Source: Octopus sinensis (taxonomy: Eukaryota). Taken from it: a stretch of DNA of 64,000 bases. Where the stretch lies: assembly GCF_006345805.1 (NCBI RefSeq), contig NC_043011.1:992001-1056000 (forward strand), in the 5' to 3' direction. A program made the translations under genes and the position numbers. The notes beneath the pieces were generated by a model that searched no databases, was not told where the DNA came from, and saw only the letters and a program-made list of their open reading frames with translations. Every line of letters starts with the position of its first letter. The first letter of the stretch is position 1. Below, piece after piece: positions 13,998 to 25,801 of the stretch.

Positions 13998-14036
13998 TCT
14001 TTCTGTCAAAGAGCATAGGTTCGAAACGTCAAAGAC
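13998..14036 (+). ncRNA. Degenerate HHR relic of a PLE terminus
   Basis: tcttt-CTGTCAA-agagc atag gttc-GAAACGTC-aaagac. The core is mutated relative to CTGANGA; same motif family as 35664-35700. Confidence 0.4.
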
Positions 14037-14071
14037 TTTTCCAGTTTTCCTGAGTTTCACACATACACACA

Positions 14072-14135
<64 letters not shown>

Positions 14136-14183
14136 GTGTGAAGATAGATATATAGATAGACAGAAAGAAATGCATGCACACAC

Positions 14184-14258
<75 letters not shown>

Positions 14259-15115
14259 TATATAAGTTTCTATAATATTTCTGTATATCTAATTTCACCG
14301 AAGGTGTTAATGAACTAGTGGTTAAAGATCTTGTTAAATATTTTCCAGTTGCTTGAAATTTTTCAAATTTTCAATACTTAATCCTGATGTAGTTTTGGAT
14401 GTTGATGAAAATTGGGTTCATTTTTTCCTAAAGGTTAAAAATAAAGAAGCTATAAGCATTCGAAGTTATGCAATTTTTAACCAATCAGCAACCTCCATTT
14501 GGCAGAATATCACCTGTGTTGATCTCCATACAAACCTTTACATTCTCCCTCGACCTGCTAGAAATAGAAGAAAGTGAAAGCCCCTGTTGTGGAACTAACC
14601 AATAACATTCCATGTACTACTTGTGGTAACTCTATTTTAGAATTCAATGCTCTACATTTTATAATTCCAAGCAAAGCTTCTAGAGCCTTTAGAAATACAG
14701 TCTGTTAGAAATTCACACAACTTTTCCAGTAATTCTATTGCCTTTATCTGTTACATGCCTTCCAATACTAATTGACTGAAAAACATTCAAGTAGGTGTTC
14801 ATGCCTTTTATATTAGGATAATTAAGTTCACAGAGTTGGTCATGCCTTTTATGAAAATATAATTATGCTGTGTTCTAAACTGGGAATCTGAGAAAGGTAG
14901 TTCTAATCTCAGCAGAGACCTGCTACAAGATTCATGATGTGTTTTATGGATTAAAGGAAATTTATAGGCAAGTAAAGAAGTGTTTAAGATGTAATGCTAA
15001 CCATGCATCATCAATAGTCATGAACTGAGAAAATTGTATAAGTTGCCTTGAAAGTGTTCATTATTTGCAAAATATCATTTTGGCTGCCTGGATAAGAACT
15101 CCTTGCTTATATATG

Positions 15116-16017
15116 TATGAGGTGGTATCAAAAAGTTCCAGGGCTAGTTATGTTTAATAAAAAATAACATATTCACCTAAGTTTTAACATAATCTCCTTC
15201 ATAATAGTCACCTTGTACAGCAATACAACCGGTTCTAGCATTCCTGCTGCTTTTGGAATCCTGCCTGGCAGTCATTCTCTGTAAGCAAGTCAAGGATTCT
15301 GCGATTTGTTCTTGCTCTCGACAACGGTGTTAAAACGATGACCTTTGAGCTGCCTTTTCATCTTGAGGAAGCAATGGAAGTCCATAGGGGCTAAATCTGG
15401 CGAATAAGGTGGGTGAAGAAGTGATACCATGTTGTCTTTGGCGAGAAACTCATGAGTGAGGAGAACTTGGTGACAGGGCACATTGTCATTGTGAAGAATC
15501 CCAACGTTAGGATTGCCTACACGGACCCATACGACAGACCAACAACATCAGCACTGCCATTGGTTGTCCTCCGACAATCATCATGCAAAAGCTGATGAAT
15601 TTTCTCCCCATTTCCAGGGGTGATGCTTGTGGCAGGTCTTCCAGATCAATCATTTCCTTCTAAGGAGGTTCTTCTACTTTTAAAGCACTTGTGCCAATCG
15701 AAATATTTTGTGCGACCCATTGCCTCATCGTCGTAAGCTTGCCGAAGCATGTTCAATGTCTCTGGAGCGAATTTACCAAGTTTAATGCAAAATTTCAAGT
15801 TGGCTCTTTGTTCCAACTTCCTGTCTATGACAAAAATTGCAGACTAAAGCACACATGTGACCACAAAAATACGAATTTTACAACTTGCAAAGTAAACGCA
15901 GCAATGTCACTCAGTACACTGCCTCATGAAGGTCACTGCTAGCTCTCACTGCACATGTAACCATGTGCTACCATCTGTAGGTGTGCAACAGAATTAGTCT
16001 GGGAACTTTTTGATACA
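15116..16017 (-). mobile_element. Internally deleted mariner element
   Basis: TIRs gtatcaaaaagttccagggctagtt / aattagtctgggaactttttgatac. A minus-strand remnant reads HPPYSPDLAPMDF..KMKRQLKGHRF (mariner YSPDL motif). Confidence 0.8.
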
Positions 16018-17065
16018 CACGCACACACAACATATATACACATGCACACACATACACACACACTTTAATAGGCACTGAAGAGTTTAGCGGTTTTAGTTGA
16101 AAATACATTTTATGAAACTTTTAGGTCACTGGTTTATTAAATACAGACTACTTCCTCGTGACCCCACCTCAGTTGATTCGATTTCTTCATGATGTTTCAT
16201 TTTAAAGCCCTTTAGCTGTTCTTGATCGAACATTTAACTATTATAGACACTAATTATATTCCAACTCACCTAAGAGATATTCTAACAGCTTTTGTAGTCT
16301 TCATTTCTTTCCAGTTACTGAAATATCAAACATGATATTTTTGACTTGTAGCTAAATTACAGATCATAAAGTTGTAATAACAGTAAAATCAGGCTAGTAT
16401 TATAAGTAAATTCAATAACTTGAATGACAAAGAATATATTTCTTTAAGTGAAATGAAAATAAAGATACAGAGTGACATGTAATGACTAAATATCTGAATC
16501 TCTAACTATAAAATAGTAAGAAATAATATCGTTTTGGTATTGGTCTGATAACTTTTAACACGAAAAACATCACTATTTAGAATCAAATTAGCTACCTTAT
16601 GGTATATTAACTAATCTTTCGTGTTTCAAAGTTCAAGCTATTTTGGATCTACTTTAGACCAACTTTGAGATTCAATAAAATATTAAGATCGAAATTATAT
16701 CGTTGCCAAGAGCAATTGATGTCCAGTCAAAAAGTGGATATGTATGGAATGTGAAAAAGGCAAAAGACCACAAATTTTATGGCTACAGTAGGAGCACCAT
16801 TTTGCTTCTCTAACCTTTCACATGTAAGCATCATTGCATACAAATAAAACTTGCCATACCATCACAGACCCCAAAGGGGTCATGCTTATCTAGTCTCATA
16901 AACAATAGTTTCACTTACTAAATATATCAAGAAAATAATATCACACCTCACCCCAACCTTCACAACATGAGACTGAAACACGAAGTATATTAAGTTCACT
17001 GGCCTCAGAGAACATGTGAACATCTCACACAACCACATTGATCAGACCAAAACAATAAGCCCTAA

Positions 17066-17136
<71 letters not shown>

Positions 17137-17137
17137 T

Positions 17138-17171
<34 letters not shown>

Positions 17172-17680
17172 CTAGCAGTATTGCCCGGCTCGTGCGCCCG
17201 TGCATTCTATGCACGCGTGAATTAAGCTAAACTTGGATGAAGTTCAATCAAAATTCAGTTATTTTGGTTTTAAAATCAAGCATTTAATGCCCTCTATTTT
17301 TGCGATTATGTGTTCCATTTCCTCAATAGGAAGTACGTAGAAGCGTTTCATAAATATTTGCTGATCAAATAATTGCATTGTTGAATTATTCTTTTAGATC
17401 AGTATTTCTCAACGGGGATTTCAGGGGAGAGTTTCAGGGTGTCGCTGGCAATGTATCGTGATGATCAAAAATCCGGCCTGCTAAAATTTGGTTAAAGTGA
17501 TTCAAACTGCAAACTCAACGCAAAATGGTCACATTTAATTCAAATCGTTAAAAATATTATGAAAACAATTGGTATGTGTTCACAAAGTCCAAACGATTAA
17601 TACGAAAAAGCCCTCCACGCTACATCCCGAAAATTCATTTCTTTGCCGAATTTCAAATTCTTTATTACCCACTAGGGGCG
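17172..17680 (-). mobile_element. Helitron-like non-autonomous element, 3' part (host of the Tx1 nest)
   Basis: Minus strand ends in a GC-rich tract, then aatactgCTAG followed by T, inside a (TA)n tract, resembling the Helitron CTRR terminus. It joins to 30993-31326 across the 42-bp duplication. The subterminal hairpin is imperfect. Confidence 0.5.
17639..17680. repeat. 42-bp direct repeat, copy 1 (putative target-site duplication)
   Basis: ttctttgccgaatttcaaattctttattacccactaggggcg, identical at 17639, 25547 and 30993. Confidence 0.95.
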
Positions 17681-18889
17681 ACATAGAAAAGAACATGACA
17701 ATCACGAATGATGAGACATTTAAGATGCTTTGTGGGGTCAACTAAAAATTGGACTGAACAATAAAATCGAATGAAATTACAATTACAAAGACACTTTTAC
17801 AAATTGACAGAATGCAGTGGGGCGGGTCCGCGGACCCCACGCTCCCCGCCACGAACGTCAAATCAACGACTGCTGAACGTCAATTCAACGACGACCAGCC
17901 TACCTTCCGGATCTGCAAAAATCAACTTTTTCCCAGAAACCCGGTTCTTTTTCACCAGGACCAACACCCCACTTCCGCCGACCGACGGGTTCGGAGAGAT
18001 AATTCTCTCGTAACCGTCGAACAGCGGGAGCAGATCTCTTGGCCCCTTTAACCGGGTTTCTGTGGCAACAACAACATCTAAATCCCGTGACCTGATGTCA
18101 TTTAGGAAGCGCCCTTGCTTCCAGCTCGCCATCAGGCCACGCACATTTACGCACCCTACACAAATACGAGACATTTTACTTACCTTTATGTCGGTGTCCT
18201 TGTTGGCCGGGGGGTGAAGTCCGCATTAATCAGTGACTCGTCCATTTCGAGTCGCGGACCCCTTATGTCCCCTGCAAACTGTGTATTTAACATATTAAAA
18301 TTCATTACATCCAATTTGTGTATTTCTACGTTTTTATGTAGATTTCTGTAGGTTTTTATTTTCTCAGCGCTAGGTATGTTTCCCATTGCGCTTCTAAGTC
18401 TGTCATTGTCCTTGTTTATTGCAACATATACAATTTGGAATTCTGTAACTCTTTTTTGTGGGCTTTGTGGGGGTGATGGGGAGGAGGAGTTTTTCCTTTT
18501 GTGGAGTACCGTGTTTGGGTGGGGTGGGTTTCCCCTCCTGGGTGTTACTCTTTTTTGTGCTATTGTTGGGTATATTTAGGTCCGTATTTTTCCTTTTTTT
18601 CATTTTTCTGGGTATCACGAAATCGTCATCCCCCTCTTGTTTTTTTCCTTCTTCTGTTTCAGTCGTTTTCTTCCTCCTCTCCTCTTCTTCAGCTTTTTTC
18701 CTTGCTTCTTCTTCTTCTTTCTTGCGGGTGGGGCATTCTGCTCGGATGTGGCCCTTTTCTCCACACCCGTAGCATCTGGGCTTACGCCCTTCGACCACCA
18801 CCCGCAAGTTTATTTCGTCGTCGAAATTAATGCACTCAGGCACCTCCTCTAACGTTTCCGGCGCCGCTTGCACTATTATTTGTAAAGCT

Positions 18890-19475
18890 TGTAGTCACCC
18901 TATACAACAGCGCGCGCGCGCAACGCCCTCTCGCGAATACACGAAGTCCGAAAGAGGGAATTTTGCTGACGTGGCCTTGCTGACGTGGCCTTAGCAAGGG
19001 AGCGTGAGCCTTAACAAAGAGGCAAGGGAGCGTGAGCCTTAACAAAGAGACAAGGGAGCGTAAAGGTTGACCATTAGCGTCCGACAGACAGCGGCAGGCA
19101 TTTCACCAAAGCAGACGTTTAATTCGCTCTCTCTCCGGTTTTGATAGCAGCAGTCTTTTGGCCGAAGACTTTTAACCTGAATTGTTGCAGACATCATCTT
19201 CTTCCTCCGGACGCCATTTTGACCCGTTCTGTTTTTAGCGGCTGAACATTGTAAATATTACACTCGATTAATTTTCAGCCTTGCACGCCCAGAACCTAGG
19301 ACATCAGATATACCACTGATTTCTCACCGGTATAAAACAATAAAGTATATCTATTTTTTACGTCTGCGTTTTGTGTTTCTTTGACTGGTAGAGTCTGGAT
19401 ATAAAAGCAACGGAAAGTGATTGCACCAACTTGCACCCCAAAAGTGCAAGAGGAGATATTCACATATTCGTTACA
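18890..19475 (+). repeat. Gypsy 5' LTR (586 bp)
   Basis: tgtagtcaccc...cgttaca. Contains 2x tgctgacgtggcct and ~2.5x a 28-bp unit gcaagggagcgtgagccttaacaaagag. Confidence 0.95.
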
Positions 19476-19476
19476 G

Positions 19477-19486
19477 TGGTGACCCC
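19477..19486 (+). promoter_or_regulatory. Primer-binding site
   Basis: TGGTGACCCC, one base after the 5' LTR and complementary to a tRNA CCA end. Primer tRNA not identified. Confidence 0.75.
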
Positions 19487-19908
19487 AAAGTTCCAGAGAA
19501 CACTCAACAAAAAGAAAACATCCAGTTTTTCTGCCAAGTCTGAAACACGACCAACCTGTTTTCCAGTCCCTTTCAACAGTTTGTTTCTTCATCTGCACTC
19601 ACGCACGGAAGAGAAAATTAAAAAAAGAGAAGAAATTTTTTTTTCTCGATTAAAACGCGACGAAGGTTGGTAAAAAACAAAAAAAAGAAAAGAAGTTTTT
19701 TTTTCTATTCTCTGTGCACACAGTACAAACAAAAAAAAACATTTTTTTTTTGTAAATTGCACATTCAAAATTTATTGGTTCAATTGTTGCTCTTTCTTCC
19801 TTTCTTTTTTCCCTTTGTTTTTCCTTGTTGCGTCTGTTCAGCGTTGGTTCGTTGTCAGTTTTCTTTTTTCCATTTGACAGAGTCATCTAGTGAATAAAAG
19901 GCTACAAA

Positions 19909-20627
19909 ATGTTTATGGGTTCGTTACCTACTTTTACAGGTGATGCCACACTGTGGTCTTCACAGTTAGAGGCACAATTTCGTGCACAAAGTATTACTCC
20001 CGAGCAGCAGTTGCAAATCCTTTATGGTTGCATGCCGCCGCAACTGGCATCTTCAGCAAGGGACCTTATTACAGACCCTAGTCCAGGCGCTACTTATGCG
20101 TCTGTTAAATTAGAGGTTGAAAAAAGAAATACACGAAGCGAGGAAAGTCGTTTCAACGAGTTAATGGCAGATGAGCAACTAGGGGACAGAACTCCGTCAG
20201 AATTTTTACGAAGACTGAGGGAGTTAAGTGGTAATGCATCAGATGCCCCCCTCCTTCGGAAGATTTTTTTCTCGAGGTTGCCCGCCTATATACAGACCGT
20301 TTTGGCAACCGGCTTAGAGACAAATACAGTGGACCAAATAGTAACGATGGCTGATAAGATGGTTGAATTTGCCGTTCAAACATCGTCACGGTCTGTTTGT
20401 GCCTGTTCACAGACCTCTTCGGCCTCAATTGAGGGGCTTTCTAAACTAATAGAAACCCTCACTAAAAGGATGGACGCGATGGTAAGCGATCTTCAAAATC
20501 GCGAAGTCGCAGTCGTTCATCCTCGAGATCAAAACAGTCTAAGTCTGGACTGTGTTGGTACCACTCCAAGTATGGAGAGAATGCACATAGGTGCACACAG
20601 CCATGCACTTATAAGTCTTTAAACTAG
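19909..20627 (+). CDS. gag: Gypsy gag (one indel near 20500)
   Basis: LPTFTGDATLW..QLEAQF, LGDRTPSEFLRRLRELSG. After a frameshift the frame continues SRSRSRSSSRS..CWYHSKYGENAHRCTQPC and stops at TAG 20625-20627. Confidence 0.85.
20618..20624 (+). promoter_or_regulatory. -1 programmed ribosomal frameshift slippery site
   Basis: T TTA AAC in the gag frame immediately before the TAG. The pol frame is -1. A possible stem (ggag...ctcc) starts 6-7 nt downstream. Confidence 0.7.
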
Positions 20628-23600
20628 ATTCGGAGAATTTGAGCACGTCAACTTCCTCCACAACATTTTCTGGTTATCGTGCATTCTTTGTTAAAGATCT
20701 AGTGTCGAAGAAAAACTTCATGGTAGACACTGGTTCTTGTTGCAGTATTTGGCCTCTGCGTTGCACAACTGACAGGCCAAAGCGATCTAACGTCATCTTG
20801 CACGCTATTGACTCGTCACCAATAGCCACATTCGGTCAGATGTCGTTGCGCCTTGATATTGGTCTTCGACGAGACTTTCGATGGGTTTTTGTCATTGCCG
20901 ACATTCCGCATCCTATTTTAGGTGCGGATTTTCTGGATAAATTTGATTTGTTGGTAGATGTCAGACGTCGGAGGTTGGTCGATAGTTCGACTACACTCTC
21001 CACGCCGACCGGAGAATCTACCAATTTAGCACTTAGCCCGACATTTTTTGTCGGTACATCTGGAGATGTTTTTCACTCTCTTTTAGCTTCTTTTCCAGAG
21101 CTATATGATGTTACCTTTAGGGTGGCTAAGCCATTGCATTCGACACGACACTTTATAACAACAACTGGACCTCCTGTTTTTTCACGTCCAAGGCGTCTTG
21201 CACCTGATCGACTTAAAACTGCTAGGGCTGAGTTTGAGCACATGCTCCAGCTCGGTCTGATACGCCCCTCCACCAGTCCATGGGCATCTCCCCTTCATTT
21301 AGTAAGAAAAGGGGATACAGATTTTCGCCCGGGGGGAGATTATCGGCGTCTAAATTCGGTGACGATTCCGGACAAATATCCCATAAGGATTTTAAACGAT
21401 TTTTCGGCAAATTTACATAGCTGTACTATTTTTTCTAAGGTTGACCTGATACGTGCCTACCATCAAATACCGGTCAACTCAGACGATATTCCTAAAACAG
21501 CAATTACTACTCCTTTTGGCTGTTTCGAATTTTTATTTATGAGTTTTGGTTTGAGGAATGCCACTAGTACTTTCCAACGGTTTATAGATGAAGTTGTTCG
21601 CGGACTGGATTTTGTGTTCGCGTATGTCGATGACATTCTAATCGCAAGTGATACGCATGAAAATCATCTCCTGCACTTGTCTCAGCTTTTTCAGCGTCTT
21701 CGCGACTATGGTGTTCGCATTAATCCAGACAAGTGTGTTTTTGGGCAACCATCTCTTAATTTTCTCGGTCATTATATTGACTCGAGAGGAATCAAACCAC
21801 TCTCATCCAAAGTCGATGCTATTCAACGCATCGCACCACCTTCTTCTTTGCGTCAACTTCGCCATTTTTTAGGCATAGTAAATTTCTATAGACGTTTCAT
21901 AGATCGGTGTGCGGACAAGTTGTTACCTTTAACACAAATGCTAAAGGGAAATTCCAAGAAGGACGCCCGTCTGACTCTTTCGGCTGAAACACTGTCTGCC
22001 TTTGAGTTGGTTAAAAAGGAACTAGCTTCAGTCCCTATTTTGGCACATCCGGCTCCTAATGCTCCACTTACTTTATCTGTGGACGCATCAGAGTCTGCAA
22101 TTGGCGCTGTTTTGCAGCACACCGTAGAGGGTGAAGTTAAACCTTTAGCTTTCTTTTCTTGTCAGCTAAAGCCAGCTGAACGCAGATATAGTACCTTTGA
22201 TCGAGAGTTACTAGCGATCTATCTGTCAGTTCGGCATTTTCAACACCAGCTCGAGGGACGAGAGTTTGTGATTTATACTGATCACAAGCCCCTTACTTTT
22301 GCATTGTCTTCTAAAACGGATAAACTCTCTCCTCGTGCTTTCCGTCACCTGGACTATATTTCTCAATTTACAAGTGACATTCGGCATGTGCCAGGCAGTG
22401 AGAACGTCCCTGCAGATGCTCTCTCTAGACTCCCTGTCAATTCCATTTCCTCTCCTGCAGCAATTGATTTAACTGCTATTTCGCAGGATCAACCACCTTT
22501 AGAGGAGTTGGATTTAACTTCGCCTAAGTTTATTAACTGTAAGTTTGACTACCTTCCGCTCCCTACAGCGGAAGGCTCTATTCTTTGTGACGTTTCTACC
22601 GGTTCACCTAGACCATTAGTACCTGAGAAACATCAACGTTCTGTGTTTGATGCTCTTCATTCACTGTCACATCCAGGTATCTCTGCCACAGTAAGCTTGT
22701 TACTGCTCGTTTCTTCTGGCCCAATATGCGACGATCAATTACCTCTTGGGCACGCTCTTGTTTGAGGTGCCAGAGTGCTAAAGTCCATAGACACGTTCGT
22801 GCTCCACTTGGACAATTTTCCTCTCCTGAAGCCCGTTTTCGCCATATCCACCTTGATTTGGTTGGACCATGGCCTGTGAGTCGCGGGTTCTCATACATTT
22901 TTCACGCTGGCCGGAAGCTATTCCTATAGCAGACATTTCAGCTGAAACTGTTGCGAGGGCTTTCGTATCTAATTGGATTTCGAGGTATGGTGTACCGTAC
23001 AGTTTAACCACAGATCGTGGTCGACAATTCGAGTCTGCATTGTTTCGTGAGTTATCACGAATCCTGGGGATGCATCATATACGCACCACAAGTTACCACC
23101 CCGCTTCTAATGGGATGGTGGAGCGTTTCCATAGGCAACTTAAGGCCGCTTTGCGTGTCTCGCCGAATCCACAGACATGGACTGAATTTCTACCGATCGT
23201 CCTGCTTGGATGTCGGACTGCGATTAAAGCAGACCTTGGTTTTTCGTCTGCCGAGCTCTTGTATGGTACCACACTGGCATTGCCTGGTACGATGTTGGTG
23301 CCAGACAAGTCACAGTCTCTTAATTTAGAGTCTTATGTTGCTCGATTACGCAGATATTTTTCTGCCCTTCCTCCTATGGACCCTCGACACCAAAATCCTC
23401 CTTCTAGTGTGCCATCAGACCTTAATTCTTGGACGCATGTTTTTATTCGTGATGATTCTGTCAAAGGACCTCTTGTTTCTCCTTATAAAGGACCTTTTCG
23501 TGTGATTTCTCGCACGCCGAAGGTATTCAAACTTGAAATTAACGGTCGTTCGGAGACCGTCTCCGTAGATCGTCTTAAAAGGGCATATTTTGAGGTGTCC

Positions 23601-23840
23601 ACATCTTTTAATGACCCCACTGCCACAACCATCGTTGAACCTTCACATGCACCTTTGACAACACCACCATTCACACATGCACCTTTGACAACACCACTAT
23701 TTACACATGCACCTTTATCAACACCATCATCGGCAACACCACCTTCGTCGTTGCAGCCTGCCTCGAACAGACCTTATGTTACGAGGTCAGGCAGAACTGT
23801 TCACTGGCCGAAAAAACTTTCCAAAACTATTTATATTTGA
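20624..23840 (+). CDS. pol: Gypsy pol (protease, RT, RNase H, integrase; two frameshifts near 22700 and 22900)
   Basis: VDTGS protease, YVDDILIAS RT, DAS..GAVLQ and YTDHKPL RNase H, HSLSHPG..CLRCQ zinc-binding motif, TTDRGRQF and NGMVERFHRQLK integrase core. Track ORFs 20639-22765, 22726-22929 and 22869-23840. Confidence 0.92.
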
Positions 23841-24048
23841 CATTTTCAATTGACTTCCCAGTGACAGTTCAGTACTCATTGAACTTTGCTCATTTTGAGT
23901 ATTTTTTCTCTCTTTACCTTTAAGGTGAATTTTTTTTTTTTTTTTTTTTGCTGTTTAATGTATTATATTGTGTGCTATTTTTGGTTATCTGGTGTCCACC
24001 TTGAGTTTTATGGTCACTACAAGGAATTGTTGTTCGTGCTTAGGCACT

Positions 24049-24058
24049 GGAGGGGAGC
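24049..24058 (+). promoter_or_regulatory. Polypurine tract
   Basis: ggaggggagc just upstream of the 3' LTR. Confidence 0.7.
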
Positions 24059-24060
24059 TT

Positions 24061-24649
24061 TGTAGTCACCCTATACAACAGTGCGCGCGCGCAACGCCCT
24101 CTCGCGAATACACGAAGTCCGAAAGAGGGAATTTTGCTGACGTGGCCTTGCTGACGTGGCCTTAGCAAGGGAGCGTGAGCCTTAACAAAGAGGCAAGGGA
24201 GCGTGAGCCTTAACAAAGAGGCAAGGGAGCGTAAAGGTTGACCATTAGCGTCCGACAGACAGCGGCAGGCATTTCACCAAAGCAGACGTTTAATTCGCTC
24301 TCTCTCCGGTTTTGATAGCAGCAGTCTTTTGGCCGAAGACTTTTAACCTGAATTGTTGCAGTCAAATCATCTTCTTCCTCAGGACGCCATTTTGGACCCG
24401 CTCTGTTTTTGGCGGCTGAACATTGTAAATAGTACAATCGATTAACTTTCAGCCTTGCGCGCCCAGAACCTAGGACATCAGATATAACACTGAATTCTCA
24501 CCGGTATAAAACAATAAAGTATATCTATTTTTTACGTCTGCGTTTTGTGTTTCTTTGACTGGTAGAGTCTGGATATAAAAGCAACGGAAAGTGATTGCAC
24601 CAACTTGCACCCCAAAAGTGCAAGCGGAGATATTCACATATTCGTTACA
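24061..24649 (+). repeat. Gypsy 3' LTR (589 bp)
   Basis: Direct repeat of 18890-19475. Confidence 0.95.
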
Positions 24650-25546
24650 AGCTTGTCCCTTCCAATTCTCCTTCTGGGTTCTGACAATGTTTATAATATT
24701 AATTTTTTCTTTCAGTCCCATAAATAGGGCTGGAATGAGGCTTTTTACCTCAATTTCCGGTAGTATATCGTCTATTTTAATTTTTATTGTTCTTCTCCCC
24801 ATATACGAGGGGAGAAGAATTATGTCTGTAGTTTTTAAAGGGTTGATCGAGTGTTTCCTCGCCTGTTCCTCCTCTTTAAAGTAAACCATTATCGTTGCAT
24901 ATTTCTTACCCGATGTAACGAAATCAACGTCTGTCCATATTGGTTTGAGACACTTTTCGGCCTGCTCCTTTGTTATTTTTTCTATTTTTCTTTCCTTAAT
25001 TACAAACGATTTAAAAATTACCGTTTTCTTTATGGTCCTGGTTTTTATTTCTTGTGGGAGGGTGGCTTTTATGTTGTTCCCCTCCCTTTTGTACCTGTCC
25101 TTGTATTTGTCATAATCAATGTCTTCAGGTTTAATTTTTTCGGTTTTTCTGCCTGCTGCGGCTGCGCAGTTAACGGTTTTTTTTTCACGTTTTCAACTGC
25201 TGGTACAGTTGTTTCCGAATTATCTGCTTTCAACATATTTTTTTCCTTTGTAGGTGAACCTACAATATTTTCTTTTTTTCAAGGTGAACCTTCATTGGCA
25301 AAATGTTCAACTGTTTTTTCCATTTTCACGCAAATGGATTTTTTTTTTGTTAGATTGTGTCAAAACACACAATATGTTTCACAATGTTTCCCCTCCTTAA
25401 AGGAGGGGAATAACAAAGTTCTCTGGTTCACAAACCAGTCAAAAATTTAATACAACGTTTTAACAACAAATTTTCAACAAGGTAAATCAAACACAATTAT
25501 TAACAATTTTAGCTTACTTTCAAAACACAACTGACGCCTTCAAAAA

Positions 25547-25588
25547 TTCTTTGCCGAATTTCAAATTCTTTATTACCCACTAGGGGCG
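25547..25588. repeat. 42-bp direct repeat, copy 2
   Basis: Identical to copies 1 and 3; lies between the 3' end of LINE A and the 5' end of LINE B. Confidence 0.95.
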
Positions 25589-25801
25589 ACATAGAAAAGA
25601 ACATGACAATCACGAATGATGATACAATAAGATGCTTTGTGGGATCAATTTAAAAATTTGACTGAACAATAAAATCGAATGATATTACAATTACAATTAC
25701 AAAGACACATTTACAAATTGACAGAATGCAGTGGGGCGGGTCCGCGGACCCCACGCTCCCCGCCACGACACTTAGACTTGTGTTTACTTTTTTTTCCAGG
25801 T

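Larger units (their letters stand above)
18890..24649 (+). mobile_element. Full-length Ty3/Gypsy LTR retrotransposon
   Basis: TG...CA LTRs, 4-bp TSD AGCT (18886-18889, 24650-24653; the empty site gtaaagcttgtccc is visible in LINE copy A), PBS, gag, pol (PR-RT-RH-INT order) and PPT. Confidence 0.97.
17681..25546 (-). mobile_element. Tx1-like L1-clade LINE, copy B (ORF2 mostly deleted, ORF1 interrupted by Gypsy)
   Basis: The 3' UTR (17681-17854), APE N-terminus (17866-18174), ORF1 C-terminal half with CCHC knuckle (18186-18889) and ORF1 N-terminus/5' UTR (24650-25546) all align to copy A. Confidence 0.9.

Noticed and set aside
14290-14580. Possible exon (polypyrimidine-AG at about 14450, minus) or the 74-aa plus-strand ORF
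   Set aside because: All frames close quickly and show no recognisable homology.
24470-24889. Apparent LINE ORF1-LTR fusion protein, or LINE sequence inside the LTR
   Set aside because: This is simply ORF1 of LINE B reading into the antisense 3' LTR at the insertion point.
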